A DNA stretch of 64,000 nucleotides from Deltaproteobacteria bacterium. GTDB taxonomy: Bacteria > Myxococcota_A > Polyangia > Nannocystales > Nannocystaceae. The stretch lies in assembly GCA_016709225.1 (NCBI GenBank), contig JADJEE010000012.1, forward strand, positions 2,307,630-2,371,629, read 5' to 3'. The notes below the pieces were generated by a model. It was given only the letters and a program-made list of their open reading frames with translations. It searched no databases and was not told where the DNA came from. Positions 9,910-19,710 of the stretch are shown here, piece by piece. How positions within the stretch are numbered: position 1 is the stretch's first letter; each line of letters starts with the position of its first letter. Position numbers and translations under genes: made by a program.

Positions 9910-10694
9910 CGCGGGAACACGACGCAGCCCGGCAGCAAGAGGTGTACTGGGAGGCCTTCGCCCGCTCGCTCACGCCCACCGCGGCCGATGCCGAGCGCGT
10001 GCGCGCGGGTCTGCTGCGTCGCCTCGCCCAGGTGCGCCCGGTCGCCCAGGAGCCGGCTGCTGCGTCGCCGCGCGAGGCTCCGCGCGCGGCCGCAGCGGTG
10101 GTGTTGTTCGCGAAGTCGGCGGCGATCTCCGTCGGTCTCGCGGTCACGGCCTTGGGTGGGCTGCACCTGGGCGCTCGCGCCTTGTCGCCGACGCCCGCCG
10201 AGCTGCCGACGCGCGTGGCGACGGCGACCGAAGTGCCTCGCGGTGACGCGCCGATACCGTCGCGTCGCGTCGTCGAGCCGCCGGCACCCGCGACCTCGCC
10301 CTCGCTCGCACCGGTGACACCGACGCTGGCCCCGCAGGCGACACCGACCACGCGAACGACCGCGCGCGCCCCCGGCAGTACGTCGGCGCCGTCGCGCGGC
10401 GGCGAGGCCGTTGCGGTAGCGATGGCACCGGCCGACGCACTGCAGCAAGAGCTCGCGCTCGTGCGCAGCGCTCGCGAGGCGATCGCCGCCGGGCGCCACG
10501 CCGACGCCGACGCGCCGCTGGCCCGTCACGCGCAGCAGTTTCCCGACGGTGCACTCGCGCCCGAGCGCGAGGCCTATCGAGCGATCGTCGCGTGTCGGCT
10601 CGGGCGTGGCGACGCCGGCAAGCGGGCACGCGCCTTCGCACAGGCACACCCGACGGCATCGCTGCTGGGCGAAGTGAACGCAGCGTGCGAGTGA
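9906..10694 (+). CDS. Membrane-anchored anti-sigma factor (putative)
   Basis: The ATG overlaps the sigma stop (ATGA). A cytoplasmic N-terminus is followed by one TM helix (AAAVVLFAKSAAISVGLAVTALGG) and then a Pro/Thr/Ala-rich periplasmic domain. Confidence 0.6.
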   Translation: MTREHDAARQQEVYWEAFARSLTPTAADAERVRAGLLRRLAQVRPVAQEPAAASPREAPRAAAAVVLFAKSAAISVGLAVTALGGLHLGARALSPTPAELPTRVATATEVPRGDAPIPSRRVVEPPAPATSPSLAPVTPTLAPQATPTTRTTARAPGSTSAPSRGGEAVAVAMAPADALQQELALVRSAREAIAAGRHADADAPLARHAQQFPDGALAPEREAYRAIVACRLGRGDAGKRARAFAQAHPTASLLGEVNAACE

Positions 10695-10750
10695 CCGACG
10701 CCCGTCACTTCGGATGACGGAAACGACGACGACGACCGAACCCACCATTG

Positions 10751-12310
10751 ATGACGACGAAGCGAATGCTCCTGATCCCTGGCCTTCGGATGCCGAGCAT
10801 CACCGTGCTGTGCGTGCTCGCGTGCGGCCTGCCCGACAAGAACCTCGGCCAACTCGCCGACGACGGGTCGACGGCGGGCGAGCCCACCGCGTCGGGCACC
10901 GACCCGACGACCACGACCACGGACACCGGCCCTGGCGACGACACCGGTGGCGACTTCGCCTGCGGCGATCCGGCCGCCCCGCCGCCGCGCTGCGTCGAGG
11001 ATGCCGACCTCGACCAGGTGCGCCTCGCCTGCGACAACGCGCCGGACATCACGAATCCGGGCCAAGAGGACCTCGACGCCGACGGCATCGGCGACGTCGC
11101 CGATCTGTGCCAGACCATCACCAGCGACCCCAGTGCCGACAGCGACCGCGACGGCATCGGCAACGCGTGCGACAGCTGCCCGTCGACCGTCGACCACTAC
11201 GAGGGTGCGGTCGACGTCACGCTGCCGGACGGGCTGCGATTTCGCAACGTGCCCGACCTCGGCGATCTCGACGGCGATGGCGTCGGTGATGCCTGCGACA
11301 ACTGCGTGGCGGTGCCCAACTGCGGCGACTACGACGGCGCCGCACCCTGGCAGGTCGGCGATCCGATCGATCGCGACGACACCACGCAGTGCCAGGCCGA
11401 CGCCGATCGCGATGGCGTCGGCGATGCCTGTCAGGGCCTGGTGGTCGGCGCACTCGCGGTCGCAGCGGTGGGGCTCGGGCCCGACGACGACTTCGATCAA
11501 GACGGCCTCGCCAACGGCGTCGACGCCTGTGCTCGCCTGCCGCTCGTCGTCGACGACGACACGCTCTGCGACGGCGACGGTGACTGCCCCTCGGGCTCGC
11601 AGTGCGAGCCACGCGTGGGCGAGAGTCAGGGTGTCTGCAATCATCCCGATCACGACGGCGATGGCATCGGCGACGCGTGCGACACCTGTGCGACCGCGAG
11701 CAACCCCGAACAGCTCGTCGACGGTGGGCTCCAGCAGGACGACCAAGACGGTGACTTCGTCGGCAACGCTTGCGAGGCCACGGCCGAGTGCGGCGTCCAC
11801 CCCGACTCGCCGCCGAGCGGGTTCTATGCGCTCGCGGCCGAGGGCCTGTGCTGCGCTGCCCAGCTGCAGGCGCTCGGAGACGGCACGCTGGCGTTGGTCG
11901 CGACCGGCCGTCCGTTGAGCGATCCCGACGGTCGACCGATCAAGCTGGAGTGCAGCGACGCCGACGTGGCGGCGGGCCTGTGCCGTCGACTGCCGGCAAG
12001 CGTCGCGGCGCGACCCGGCGTGCTCGAGGCCCCGCCGGGGTGCGAAGCGCTGTTGGACGGCCAGCCGGCCTGGTCGGTCGCCCCGCTCTCGCTCGCCGAG
12101 GTCGCCAGCGTCGACGACTTCTGGGGCTTTCGCTGCGAGCTACCGCAGCTCGACCAGGACTTCGACGGCATCGGCGACGCATGCGACTTCTGCATGTTCG
12201 CGTTCGACCCCGACAACACGCCCTATGTCGACGCGCAGGGGGAGCTGTGGCCCCTCAACGGCAAGTACTGCAACGGCGCCTACTCGATCGAGAACACCTG
12301 CGGCGAGTGA
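10751..12310 (+). CDS. Lipoprotein with thrombospondin type-3 calcium-binding repeats
   Basis: Lipobox VLACG. There are many DxDxDGxGDxCD(N/S)C motifs (DLDADGIGDVADLC, DSDRDGIGNACDSC, DLDGDGVGDACDNC, DADRDGVGDACQ, DHDGDGIGDACDTC, DQDFDGIGDACDFC). Confidence 0.8.
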   Translation: MTTKRMLLIPGLRMPSITVLCVLACGLPDKNLGQLADDGSTAGEPTASGTDPTTTTTDTGPGDDTGGDFACGDPAAPPPRCVEDADLDQVRLACDNAPDITNPGQEDLDADGIGDVADLCQTITSDPSADSDRDGIGNACDSCPSTVDHYEGAVDVTLPDGLRFRNVPDLGDLDGDGVGDACDNCVAVPNCGDYDGAAPWQVGDPIDRDDTTQCQADADRDGVGDACQGLVVGALAVAAVGLGPDDDFDQDGLANGVDACARLPLVVDDDTLCDGDGDCPSGSQCEPRVGESQGVCNHPDHDGDGIGDACDTCATASNPEQLVDGGLQQDDQDGDFVGNACEATAECGVHPDSPPSGFYALAAEGLCCAAQLQALGDGTLALVATGRPLSDPDGRPIKLECSDADVAAGLCRRLPASVAARPGVLEAPPGCEALLDGQPAWSVAPLSLAEVASVDDFWGFRCELPQLDQDFDGIGDACDFCMFAFDPDNTPYVDAQGELWPLNGKYCNGAYSIENTCGE

Positions 12311-12315
12311 GCTCG

Positions 12316-12372
12316 CCGCGGCGTCATGTCGTGGGCGCGCCGTTCTTGCCGGCGCCGGCCGATGACGCCGGG
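12316..12372. terminator. Possible bidirectional terminator hairpin between convergent genes
   Basis: Imperfect inverted repeat ccgcggcgtcatgtcg ... cgatgacgccggg with an inner gccggcgccggc palindrome, in the 82-nt gap between convergent stops. There is no U-tract. Confidence 0.25.
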
Positions 12373-12392
12373 CACCACGTTCGTCGTCGCGA

Positions 12393-14429
12393 TCAGCCCT
12401 TGCGGGTGGTGCGGATGAGCATCCATGCCATCAGCGCGAAGCAACCCACGCCGAGCAGATCGTAGCCGCCGGGTCCGAGCACACCGACCAGCGTCTCGTG
12501 CAGCGACAGGCTGCCGAGCGTGTCGCCCATGCGCGCGGCCGCGATCGCGTACAGCACCCCGGCGAGCGCACCGCCGGCGACCAGGCCGGTGGAGTAGAGA
12601 TTGCCGGGGCCGAATTCCTCCTCGGCCTCGGCCAGCTTCTCGTCCTTGTCCTCGGCCGCGGCCGGCTTGGGCTTGCCGCGATCGGCGACGTAGCGCACCA
12701 CGCCACCGGCGAAGATCGGCAGCGTGGTCGCCAGCGGCAGGTAGGCCCCGACCGCGAACGCCAGCGCCGAGACCCCGCACAGCTCGACGGTGATCGCCAG
12801 GAAGACGCCGACCAGCACGAACTGCCAGTCGAGGTTGAACGACAGCAGGCCCTTGATGAGCGTGGCCATCAGCGTGCCCTGCGGGGCGCTGAAGGTCTCA
12901 CCGATCGCGTGCACGACCTTGCCGGTCTCGGGATCGACATGGGCATTGTCGAGCAGCTGCACGGTGGCGCCGATGACGAATGCGGCCGCGACCACGCCGA
13001 TGAGGAGGCCGATCTGCTGTGCGCGCGGGGTGGCGCCGACGAGGTAGCCGGTCTTCAGGTCCTGTGACGTGGCCCCCGCGTTCGCGGCGGCGATGCAGAC
13101 CATGCCGCCCACGCAGAGGGCCATCGGCTGGTAGACGTCGCCCGTCCAGCCCAGGCCCGCGAAGATGAGACACGTCGCCATCAACGTGGCGATGGTCATG
13201 CCGCTGATGGGGTTGTTCGAGCTGCCGATGAGGCCGACGATGCGGCTCGACACCGTCACGAAGAAGAAGCCGAACACCACCATCAAGACGCCCAGCAGCA
13301 GCTTGCTGCCGATGCCGTCGCCGGGGATGAACGGCAACAGCGCGACGATCACCGCCAGTCCGACGCTGCCGCCGACGACCACCGACATCGGTAGGTCGCG
13401 CTCGGTGCGACGGGCCGCCGGCGGCAGCTCGCCCTTGGCCTTCACCGAGCCGAGGCTGCCCCGCACCGCGCCGACGATGGTCGGCAGGGTCTTGAGCAGG
13501 GTGATGAAGCCGCCGGCCGCGACCGCGCCAGCGCCGATCTGGCGGATGTACGCGAAGTAGATCGCGACGTTGAGCTGCGCAAAGTCGTGGGTCGCCGGGT
13601 CATAGCCGAAGCGACCCGGCTCGTAGCCGATCTTCACGAGCTGCGTGGCGATGGTCTCGCCAGGCACCAGCGTGGCCAACAGCGGGATCATGCCGAGCCA
13701 CGCGAGCACGCCGCCGGCGACCAGCATGCCGGTGCTGCGGGCGCCGAGGATGAAGCCCACGCCCATGTACTCGGGCGTGATGTCGCCGGCCACCGTCGCC
13801 GCCGGGAACACCTTGCTCTTCATCGAGCTGACCCACGTCGGGGTCTCGGCGATGACGCCCAGCACCTTCTGCGCGATCGCATAGACGAAGGCAAAGCCGA
13901 GGCCCTGATAGGCGATCGCGGCCAGGCGGCCGCCCTTCTCGCCCGCGATGAGCACGCCGGCGCAGGCGGTGCCCTCGGGGTACGGCAGCGTCTCGTGCTC
14001 GTTGACGATGAGCGCGCGCCGCAGCGGGATCATCATCAACACGCCCAGCACGCCGCCCAGCAGCGCGAGGGTGAAGATGGTCCAGTAGCTGAAGAACGGC
14101 TCGCCGATCGAGTTGCCGGTCTCGTCGCGGCTGAGGAACAGGAAGCCCGGCAGCGTGAACACCACGCCGGCCGCGACCGACTCGCCCGCGGAGCCGATGG
14201 TCTGCACGACGTTGTTCTCGAGGATGGTCGAGCCGCCCAGGCGCTTGAGCAGCGAGATCGAAAGCACCGCGATCGGGATCGACGCACTGACCGTGAGGCC
14301 GGCCTTGAGCGCCAGGTACACCGTCGAGGCGCCAAAGATGATGCCGAACAGCGCACCGATCACGATGGCCTTGGGCGTGAACTCGGCGACGTTGCTCTCG
14401 TCGGCGACGTAGGGCTGGAACTTGGGCAT
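12393..14429 (-). CDS. OPT-family oligopeptide transporter
   Basis: 678 aa and polytopic. The N-terminus (TPKAIVIGALFGIIFGASTVYLALKAGLTVSASIPIAVLSISLLK) is typical of bacterial OPT proteins. A GDKGGR-like cytoplasmic loop is also present. Confidence 0.85.
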   Translation of the reverse strand: MPKFQPYVADESNVAEFTPKAIVIGALFGIIFGASTVYLALKAGLTVSASIPIAVLSISLLKRLGGSTILENNVVQTIGSAGESVAAGVVFTLPGFLFLSRDETGNSIGEPFFSYWTIFTLALLGGVLGVLMMIPLRRALIVNEHETLPYPEGTACAGVLIAGEKGGRLAAIAYQGLGFAFVYAIAQKVLGVIAETPTWVSSMKSKVFPAATVAGDITPEYMGVGFILGARSTGMLVAGGVLAWLGMIPLLATLVPGETIATQLVKIGYEPGRFGYDPATHDFAQLNVAIYFAYIRQIGAGAVAAGGFITLLKTLPTIVGAVRGSLGSVKAKGELPPAARRTERDLPMSVVVGGSVGLAVIVALLPFIPGDGIGSKLLLGVLMVVFGFFFVTVSSRIVGLIGSSNNPISGMTIATLMATCLIFAGLGWTGDVYQPMALCVGGMVCIAAANAGATSQDLKTGYLVGATPRAQQIGLLIGVVAAAFVIGATVQLLDNAHVDPETGKVVHAIGETFSAPQGTLMATLIKGLLSFNLDWQFVLVGVFLAITVELCGVSALAFAVGAYLPLATTLPIFAGGVVRYVADRGKPKPAAAEDKDEKLAEAEEEFGPGNLYSTGLVAGGALAGVLYAIAAARMGDTLGSLSLHETLVGVLGPGGYDLLGVGCFALMAWMLIRTTRKG

Positions 14430-14508
14430 GCGCGGGCGCGATGGTAGCGGACCTCAGGCGGGCCGTGTCGCTGCTATGCCGGCCGCGCGGCTGCTACGAT
14501 GCACGGGC

Positions 14509-15102
14509 ATGCCCACCAAGAAGCCCTCCGAGGCCGCCGATGTGATGCTCGCCGGCTTCACCGTCGAGCAGTGGAAGCAGCACATGGACCAGGACGAGGA
14601 CTGGACCGAGCGCATCGAGGGCGCCGACGCAGCCGCCGTGCGGGGCATCGTCGAAGCGCTCGCGCACGCGAACGCGGACGTGCGGCTGCTGGCGTGCAAT
14701 CTGATCTACGCGCTCGGGGCCGACGGCCTCGGGGTGCAGGGCGATGCCGCAGTCACGCGGCTCGCCGAACTCGCGGCGAACGAGCCGAAGGTCAAGCTGC
14801 GAACGCGGGCGCGGCTGGTGCACGAGGCGGTCGCGCAGGCGCAGCAGCGCGCCGCGATCCACCGCGAGTTCCCTTGGCTCGGCGACAGCTCGGGTGACGC
14901 CGCCGCGCAGGCGCTCGCTGCCCTCGACGATGCGCGCGCACGCGTGCGCCTGCACGTGTATCTGTGGTGGGTCAACGCCGCCAAGCCGGCGGCGGCGTCG
15001 CGCACCGCGGCGGCGCAGAAGCTGACGGCGCTGGTCGAGCGCGAGAGCGAGCCCGAGCTGCGCCAGGCCGCTTCGCTCGCGCTCGCGCGGGTGCGAGGCT
15101 GA
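14509..15102 (+). CDS. HEAT / PBS-lyase-like repeat protein
   Basis: Repeated helical motifs (AAVRGIVEALAHANADVRLLACNLIYALG; RLAELAANEPKVKLRTRARLV). ATG at 14509. Confidence 0.5.
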   Translation: MPTKKPSEAADVMLAGFTVEQWKQHMDQDEDWTERIEGADAAAVRGIVEALAHANADVRLLACNLIYALGADGLGVQGDAAVTRLAELAANEPKVKLRTRARLVHEAVAQAQQRAAIHREFPWLGDSSGDAAAQALAALDDARARVRLHVYLWWVNAAKPAAASRTAAAQKLTALVERESEPELRQAASLALARVRG

Positions 15103-15326
15103 GCGGCCGCGGACGGGCCGGCGGGGCCGACTGCGCGCCGATCCGAACGAACACCGCACACGCTGCGGGGTGGCGGGACTTGCGGAGCCCGCGTCGAGCT
15201 GACATGCTCTCCCGGTTCGTCGCGGTGGATGTCGTCTTGGGTCGTGTTCGACCCCGCGCGGCGAGCGTCGTCTTGGTGCCCATGTCGATGGGCCTGCCCT
15301 TTGGATGGATGGAAAGGTTGGATTTG

Positions 15327-17111
15327 ATGAAGCGCGCAGCATTGTTTTCCAGTGTGATCGCAGCTGCTCTCCTCGCGATGCCCCGCGAGGCCGAGGCCTG
15401 TGGCGGCACGTTCTGCGACACCGGGCCGAACGCGATGCCCGTGCCGCAGACCGGCGAGAACATCCTGTTCGCGATGGGTGAGGGCTACACCGAGGCCCAC
15501 ATCCAGATCCAGTACGACCCCAACACCGAAGCCGCGAAGTTCGCGTGGGTGGTGCCCATGACGGCGCTGCCGGAGTTCTCGGTCGGCTCGCAGACCCTGT
15601 TCACGAACGTGCTCGCCAGCACCGTGCCGGCCTACGGCTTCAACTACACGTTCGACAGCTGCGGCGACCAGGGCAACTCCAGCGGTCTCACGGGTGGCGA
15701 CGGCGGCGGCGATCCAGGTGGCACGAGCGCGGGTGATGAAACCGGCGGCGAGACCGGCCCCGAGGTGATCCTGCACGAGACCGTCGGCGCGTTCGAGATC
15801 ACCGTGCTGCAGGGTGGTACCGCCGAGGAGGTCATGACCTGGCTGGGCGACAACGGCTATCAGCAGGATGCGGCAGCCGAGCCGATCCTCGCCGAGTACC
15901 TGGCGGAGAACTACATCTTCGCTGCGTTCAAGCTCACCAACGGCGCCGAGATCGGCGAGATCCACCCCATCACGCTGCGCTTCGCCAACGACGAGGCCTG
16001 CGTGCCACTGCGGCTGACGCGGATCGCCGCCGAGGAGGACATGGAGGTCCGCACCTTCTTCCTCGCCAACGACCGCGTGGTGCCGCAGAACTACAAGCAC
16101 GTGCTCGTGAACCCGCTCGAGCTCGACTGGCCCAACTTCGCCAGCAACTACAAGGAGATCATCACGCTCGCGGTCGATGCGTTCGGGGCCGACGGCAAGG
16201 CCTTCGTGACCGAGTACGCCGGCCCGTCGTCGGTCGTGAACCCGAGCGGGATCTTCGACGCGAGCTGGTCGCCCGCGGCGTTCGAGGGCCTCGATCCCAT
16301 CGCGGTGGTCGACACGCTGTCGTCGCAGAACCTGATGTTCTGCGACGAGTTCAACGGCTGCGTCTTCATCCATCCGCTCATCGAGGGCCTGCTCGCCCAG
16401 TTCCTGCCGGTGCCCGACGGCCTCGGCCGTGACGAGTTCTACGGCTGCCTCAGCTGCAACGAGGCGATGATCGACACGATGGCGTGGGGCGACGGCTCCG
16501 GCTTCTCGACCGCGATGCAGGAGCGCATCGTCGCGCCGGGGCAGCACGCCGCCGATCTGCTGGCGGAGTTCCCCACGCTCACGCGCATGTACACGACCAT
16601 CTCGCCCGCCGAGATGACCGAAGATCCGTTCTTCTGGCAGAACCCGGACCTCCCGCCGGTCGACCTCACGGCCTCGCTCGCGACGCGTCGCATCTTCTGC
16701 AACGGCGATGCGCTGTGGACCCTGCCCGATGGCAAGGAGGTGCTGGTGCCCGACGACGGCGCATGGCCGGACTTCGGCGACGAGATGCCCTACGTCGAAG
16801 AGATCGCGACGACGCCGGCCAACGGCGCACCGATCGCGATCGTCGACAACCGCACCTCGATCCAAGGCCAGCTCGACACGTACAACTGCGCGCTCGGCTA
16901 TCCCGCGACCACCTGCGGTGACAATGCCGACACCTCGGGCGGCTCGGCCTCGGGCGGCTCGGCCTCGGGTGGCGATTCGAGCGGCAGCGACACCGCGGGC
17001 GAGAACGACGACAGCGGCTCGGGCTGCGGCTGCAACAGCGGTGGATCCACCTCGGGCGTGCTGCTGCTGCTCGGCGCGATCGCGCTACGACGCCGTCGCC
17101 GCGATCGGTAG
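15327..17111 (+). CDS. Secreted protein with a MYXO-CTERM sorting signal
   Basis: Signal peptide MKRAALFSSVIAAALLAMPREAEA with GGAAAGG upstream. The C-terminal GCGCNSGGSTSGVLLLLGAIALRRRRRDR is a textbook MYXO-CTERM. A Gly/Ser-rich linker precedes the tail. Confidence 0.75.
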   Translation: MKRAALFSSVIAAALLAMPREAEACGGTFCDTGPNAMPVPQTGENILFAMGEGYTEAHIQIQYDPNTEAAKFAWVVPMTALPEFSVGSQTLFTNVLASTVPAYGFNYTFDSCGDQGNSSGLTGGDGGGDPGGTSAGDETGGETGPEVILHETVGAFEITVLQGGTAEEVMTWLGDNGYQQDAAAEPILAEYLAENYIFAAFKLTNGAEIGEIHPITLRFANDEACVPLRLTRIAAEEDMEVRTFFLANDRVVPQNYKHVLVNPLELDWPNFASNYKEIITLAVDAFGADGKAFVTEYAGPSSVVNPSGIFDASWSPAAFEGLDPIAVVDTLSSQNLMFCDEFNGCVFIHPLIEGLLAQFLPVPDGLGRDEFYGCLSCNEAMIDTMAWGDGSGFSTAMQERIVAPGQHAADLLAEFPTLTRMYTTISPAEMTEDPFFWQNPDLPPVDLTASLATRRIFCNGDALWTLPDGKEVLVPDDGAWPDFGDEMPYVEEIATTPANGAPIAIVDNRTSIQGQLDTYNCALGYPATTCGDNADTSGGSASGGSASGGDSSGSDTAGENDDSGSGCGCNSGGSTSGVLLLLGAIALRRRRRDR

Positions 17112-17197
17112 CCCAGGACCTGCCCAGGCGGGCGCGTGCGAGTCCTCGCTCGCGCGTAGGCTTGCCCCACACGAGGGCATGGGTGGACCATCCAGCC

Positions 17198-18625
17198 ATG
17201 CCCTCGCTTCGTTGGTTGGTCCCCATCACCGCGCTCGTCACGGCGTGCTTCGATCCCACCAAGTCGACCAACGACGACACCAGCGGTGGCGATGGCACCA
17301 GCGGCAGCGCCACCGATGGCAGCATCGAGACCTCCGCCTCGGCGTCGGCCTCGACCACCGCGTCGAGTGCGACCGACGCGACGACCGCGAGCAGCACCGA
17401 CCCCATGACCACCGCGGACACGACGACCGCGGCCGACACCACGCAGGGCGACTCGACCGGGCCCGCCGAGCCCTTCTGTGGCGACGGCAACCTCGACGAC
17501 GGCGAAGCGTGCGACGACGGCGACGCCATCGATGGCAACGGCTGCAACGCCGACTGCCTGCCCTCGGGACGGCTGCTGTGGTGCATCACCGACGGCGACT
17601 TCGATGAAGACGTCGGCGAGGGCATCACCACCGACAACGTCGGCAACATCCTCGCGACCGGCACGCTCTTCCGCGACGGCGCCGACGAGGACGTGTGGGT
17701 CGGCGCCTGGGCGCAAGACGGCACCGAGCAGTTCGTGCAGCTGTACGATCTCTCCGGCGGCGGCTACGAGCGCGGCGTCGACATCGCGTATGACGGCTCC
17801 AACGACGCCGCCTACGTGCTCGCCTCCGACGGTGGCGTGCGACTGCTGCGGATCCTGTCCGACGGCACGCTGTCGACCAACCAGGTGTTGACGGTCTCGG
17901 GCGCCAGCTCGCTCGAGCCGCACGTGCTCACGGTCGCGCCCGGCGGGATGTACTGGGCCGGGTCGGGCTTCTTCATGGGCGTGTCGCGTTCGGTGGCGGC
18001 GCGGCTGTCGAGCTTCGGCGGTGAGCTGTGGACGACCTCGGTCGCGCAGGGCCCCGCCAACTTCTCGCTCTACGTCGGCGCGGCCGCCGATCCGCTCGAC
18101 GACGTCTATCTCGCCGGCGTGAGCGGCTCGCAGGGCTTCATCCACCACCGCAGCGCCAGCGACGGCACCAACGCGCTCGACGCCACCGGGCTCACCCCGC
18201 TGGCCGGCATCGCCGTCGCAGGCAACGGCGATCTCGTCGTGGTCGGCACCCGCTTCGTGAACGGCCAGGGCGACAACCTCGCGGCCACGCGACTGGCCCC
18301 CGACGGCACCACCGTGCTGTGGAGCGTCGACTGGAACGGCGACGCGAACCTCGACGATTTCGCCGCCGGCGTCGCCGTCGACGCCGACGATCGCATCGTC
18401 GCGGCCGGCACCCTGCGCAACAGCAACACCAACTGGGTCGGCTTCGCCGCGCGCCTCGAGGGCGACGGCGACACGCTCTGGACCACGACATTCGAGGCCG
18501 CGGTCGGCGGCATCTCGCAGGTCAGCGACCTCGCGCTCGACTCCGAGGGCACGCCGAGCGTGGTGGGTACGCAGTTCGGCGACGCCGGCGACGGCGACAT
18601 CTTCGTGTGTCACCTGGCGATCTGA
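17198..18625 (+). CDS. Lipoprotein with a myxobacterial Cys-rich (disulfide) repeat and a beta-propeller-like body
   Basis: Lipobox LVTACF. CGDGNLDDGEACDDGDAIDGNGCNADC matches the Myxococcus cysteine-rich repeat consensus. Repetitive DG/VG strands follow. Confidence 0.7.
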   Translation: MPSLRWLVPITALVTACFDPTKSTNDDTSGGDGTSGSATDGSIETSASASASTTASSATDATTASSTDPMTTADTTTAADTTQGDSTGPAEPFCGDGNLDDGEACDDGDAIDGNGCNADCLPSGRLLWCITDGDFDEDVGEGITTDNVGNILATGTLFRDGADEDVWVGAWAQDGTEQFVQLYDLSGGGYERGVDIAYDGSNDAAYVLASDGGVRLLRILSDGTLSTNQVLTVSGASSLEPHVLTVAPGGMYWAGSGFFMGVSRSVAARLSSFGGELWTTSVAQGPANFSLYVGAAADPLDDVYLAGVSGSQGFIHHRSASDGTNALDATGLTPLAGIAVAGNGDLVVVGTRFVNGQGDNLAATRLAPDGTTVLWSVDWNGDANLDDFAAGVAVDADDRIVAAGTLRNSNTNWVGFAARLEGDGDTLWTTTFEAAVGGISQVSDLALDSEGTPSVVGTQFGDAGDGDIFVCHLAI

Positions 18626-18650
18626 ATCGAGCCGTCGGGCCGCACCGGCT
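18575..18650. repeat. Direct repeat copy A (3' end of lipoprotein gene 17198..18625 plus downstream sequence)
   Basis: ttcggcgacgccggcgacggcgacatcttcgtgtgtcacctggcgatctgaatcgagccgtcgggccgcaccggc is about 85% identical to 19637..19710. Confidence 0.7.
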
Positions 18651-18656
18651 CGGGCG

Positions 18657-19616
18657 ATGGTTAAACCGGAGGGCAGGTGGGGGAACGTACCGTCCGTGAG
18701 GCGTTCGTCGACTCCGTGGCTCTTGCTCGTTGCCTGCAATTCGACCGGGGTCGGCCCCGTGGCGCTGAAGGAGCAGCCCAGCGGCACGACGGTGCGCGCC
18801 GTGAAGGTGAGCGGCAGGATGTCGACGATCCTTGGCCTCACATCATCGACCGAGACCATCACGAGCGACATCCCGAAGGACAGCGCGTCGGGCGTGTTCG
18901 AGGTGCGCGTCGAAGAGACACCACCCGAGATCCTGCAGATCGCCACCACGGCGACATGCCGCGTCGGCGATTTCACCATCGCCCAACCCTTGACGTGGAA
19001 CGGCAGCATCGGCCACACCCCCGTCGGCGAGAGTCGCGAGTTCTCGGCGCAGTACCTGCCCTCCGCCGCCGCACCGGGGTTGCCCAGCGCCTGCGAGTTC
19101 TCCGCGTTCGCCGGCAGCATGCGTCCGGGCCCGAGCGTCGACATCACGCCGGTTCGGCTCGCGACCGCGTGCTGGCAGCCCGATGCGATCGTCGAGGGCT
19201 CGTGTCCGGCCGAGCGACTGCCGCGCACCGCGATCGACGAGCGCCTGCCGGCGTCGATCCCCGCGCTCGTCTCGAGCGGCGCGCGCATTCACGGCAGCGG
19301 CTACGCGGTACCGTTCTACTTCGTCGTCACGGCCAACACGAACCAGCTCGAACGCGCGAGCGTGAACGCCAGGATCTCGTGCATCGTCGACGGCAAGGTG
19401 ATCGAAGCCTCGGCGGACGCGCTCACACAGATCGATCACCTCGCCGCCGGCGAATCGGTCCACGGACACGGCATTTCGTTCGCCCGCGCGCCGCTGCCGG
19501 CCAGACCCGAGTGGTGCACCGTCGAGTTCGAGCACACGTCGGCCGACGCTCCACGCGTGTCCATCGCGAGCTGGTGCATCCGCGACGGACACGCGACGGC
19601 TGGCGCATGCGCGTAG
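18657..19616 (+). CDS. Hypothetical lipoprotein
   Basis: ATG at 18657; a GTG at 18696 would give the signal peptide RRSSTPWLLLVACNS (lipobox LVAC). The gene is flanked by the 75-nt direct repeats. Confidence 0.55.
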   Translation: MVKPEGRWGNVPSVRRSSTPWLLLVACNSTGVGPVALKEQPSGTTVRAVKVSGRMSTILGLTSSTETITSDIPKDSASGVFEVRVEETPPEILQIATTATCRVGDFTIAQPLTWNGSIGHTPVGESREFSAQYLPSAAAPGLPSACEFSAFAGSMRPGPSVDITPVRLATACWQPDAIVEGSCPAERLPRTAIDERLPASIPALVSSGARIHGSGYAVPFYFVVTANTNQLERASVNARISCIVDGKVIEASADALTQIDHLAAGESVHGHGISFARAPLPARPEWCTVEFEHTSADAPRVSIASWCIRDGHATAGACA

Positions 19617-19636
19617 CGACGTGGGACGACGATCCG

Positions 19637-19710
19637 TTCGGCGACGCCGGCGACGGCGACATGTTCGTCTCGTCACTTGGCGGTCTGAATCGAGCCGTCG
19701 GGACCGACCG
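19637..19710. repeat. Direct repeat copy B
   Basis: ttcggcgacgccggcgacggcgacatgttcgtctcgtcacttggcggtctgaatcgagccgtcgggaccgaccgc lies downstream of the 18657..19616 stop and overlaps the 3' end of the convergent anti-sigma gene in antisense. Confidence 0.7.
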
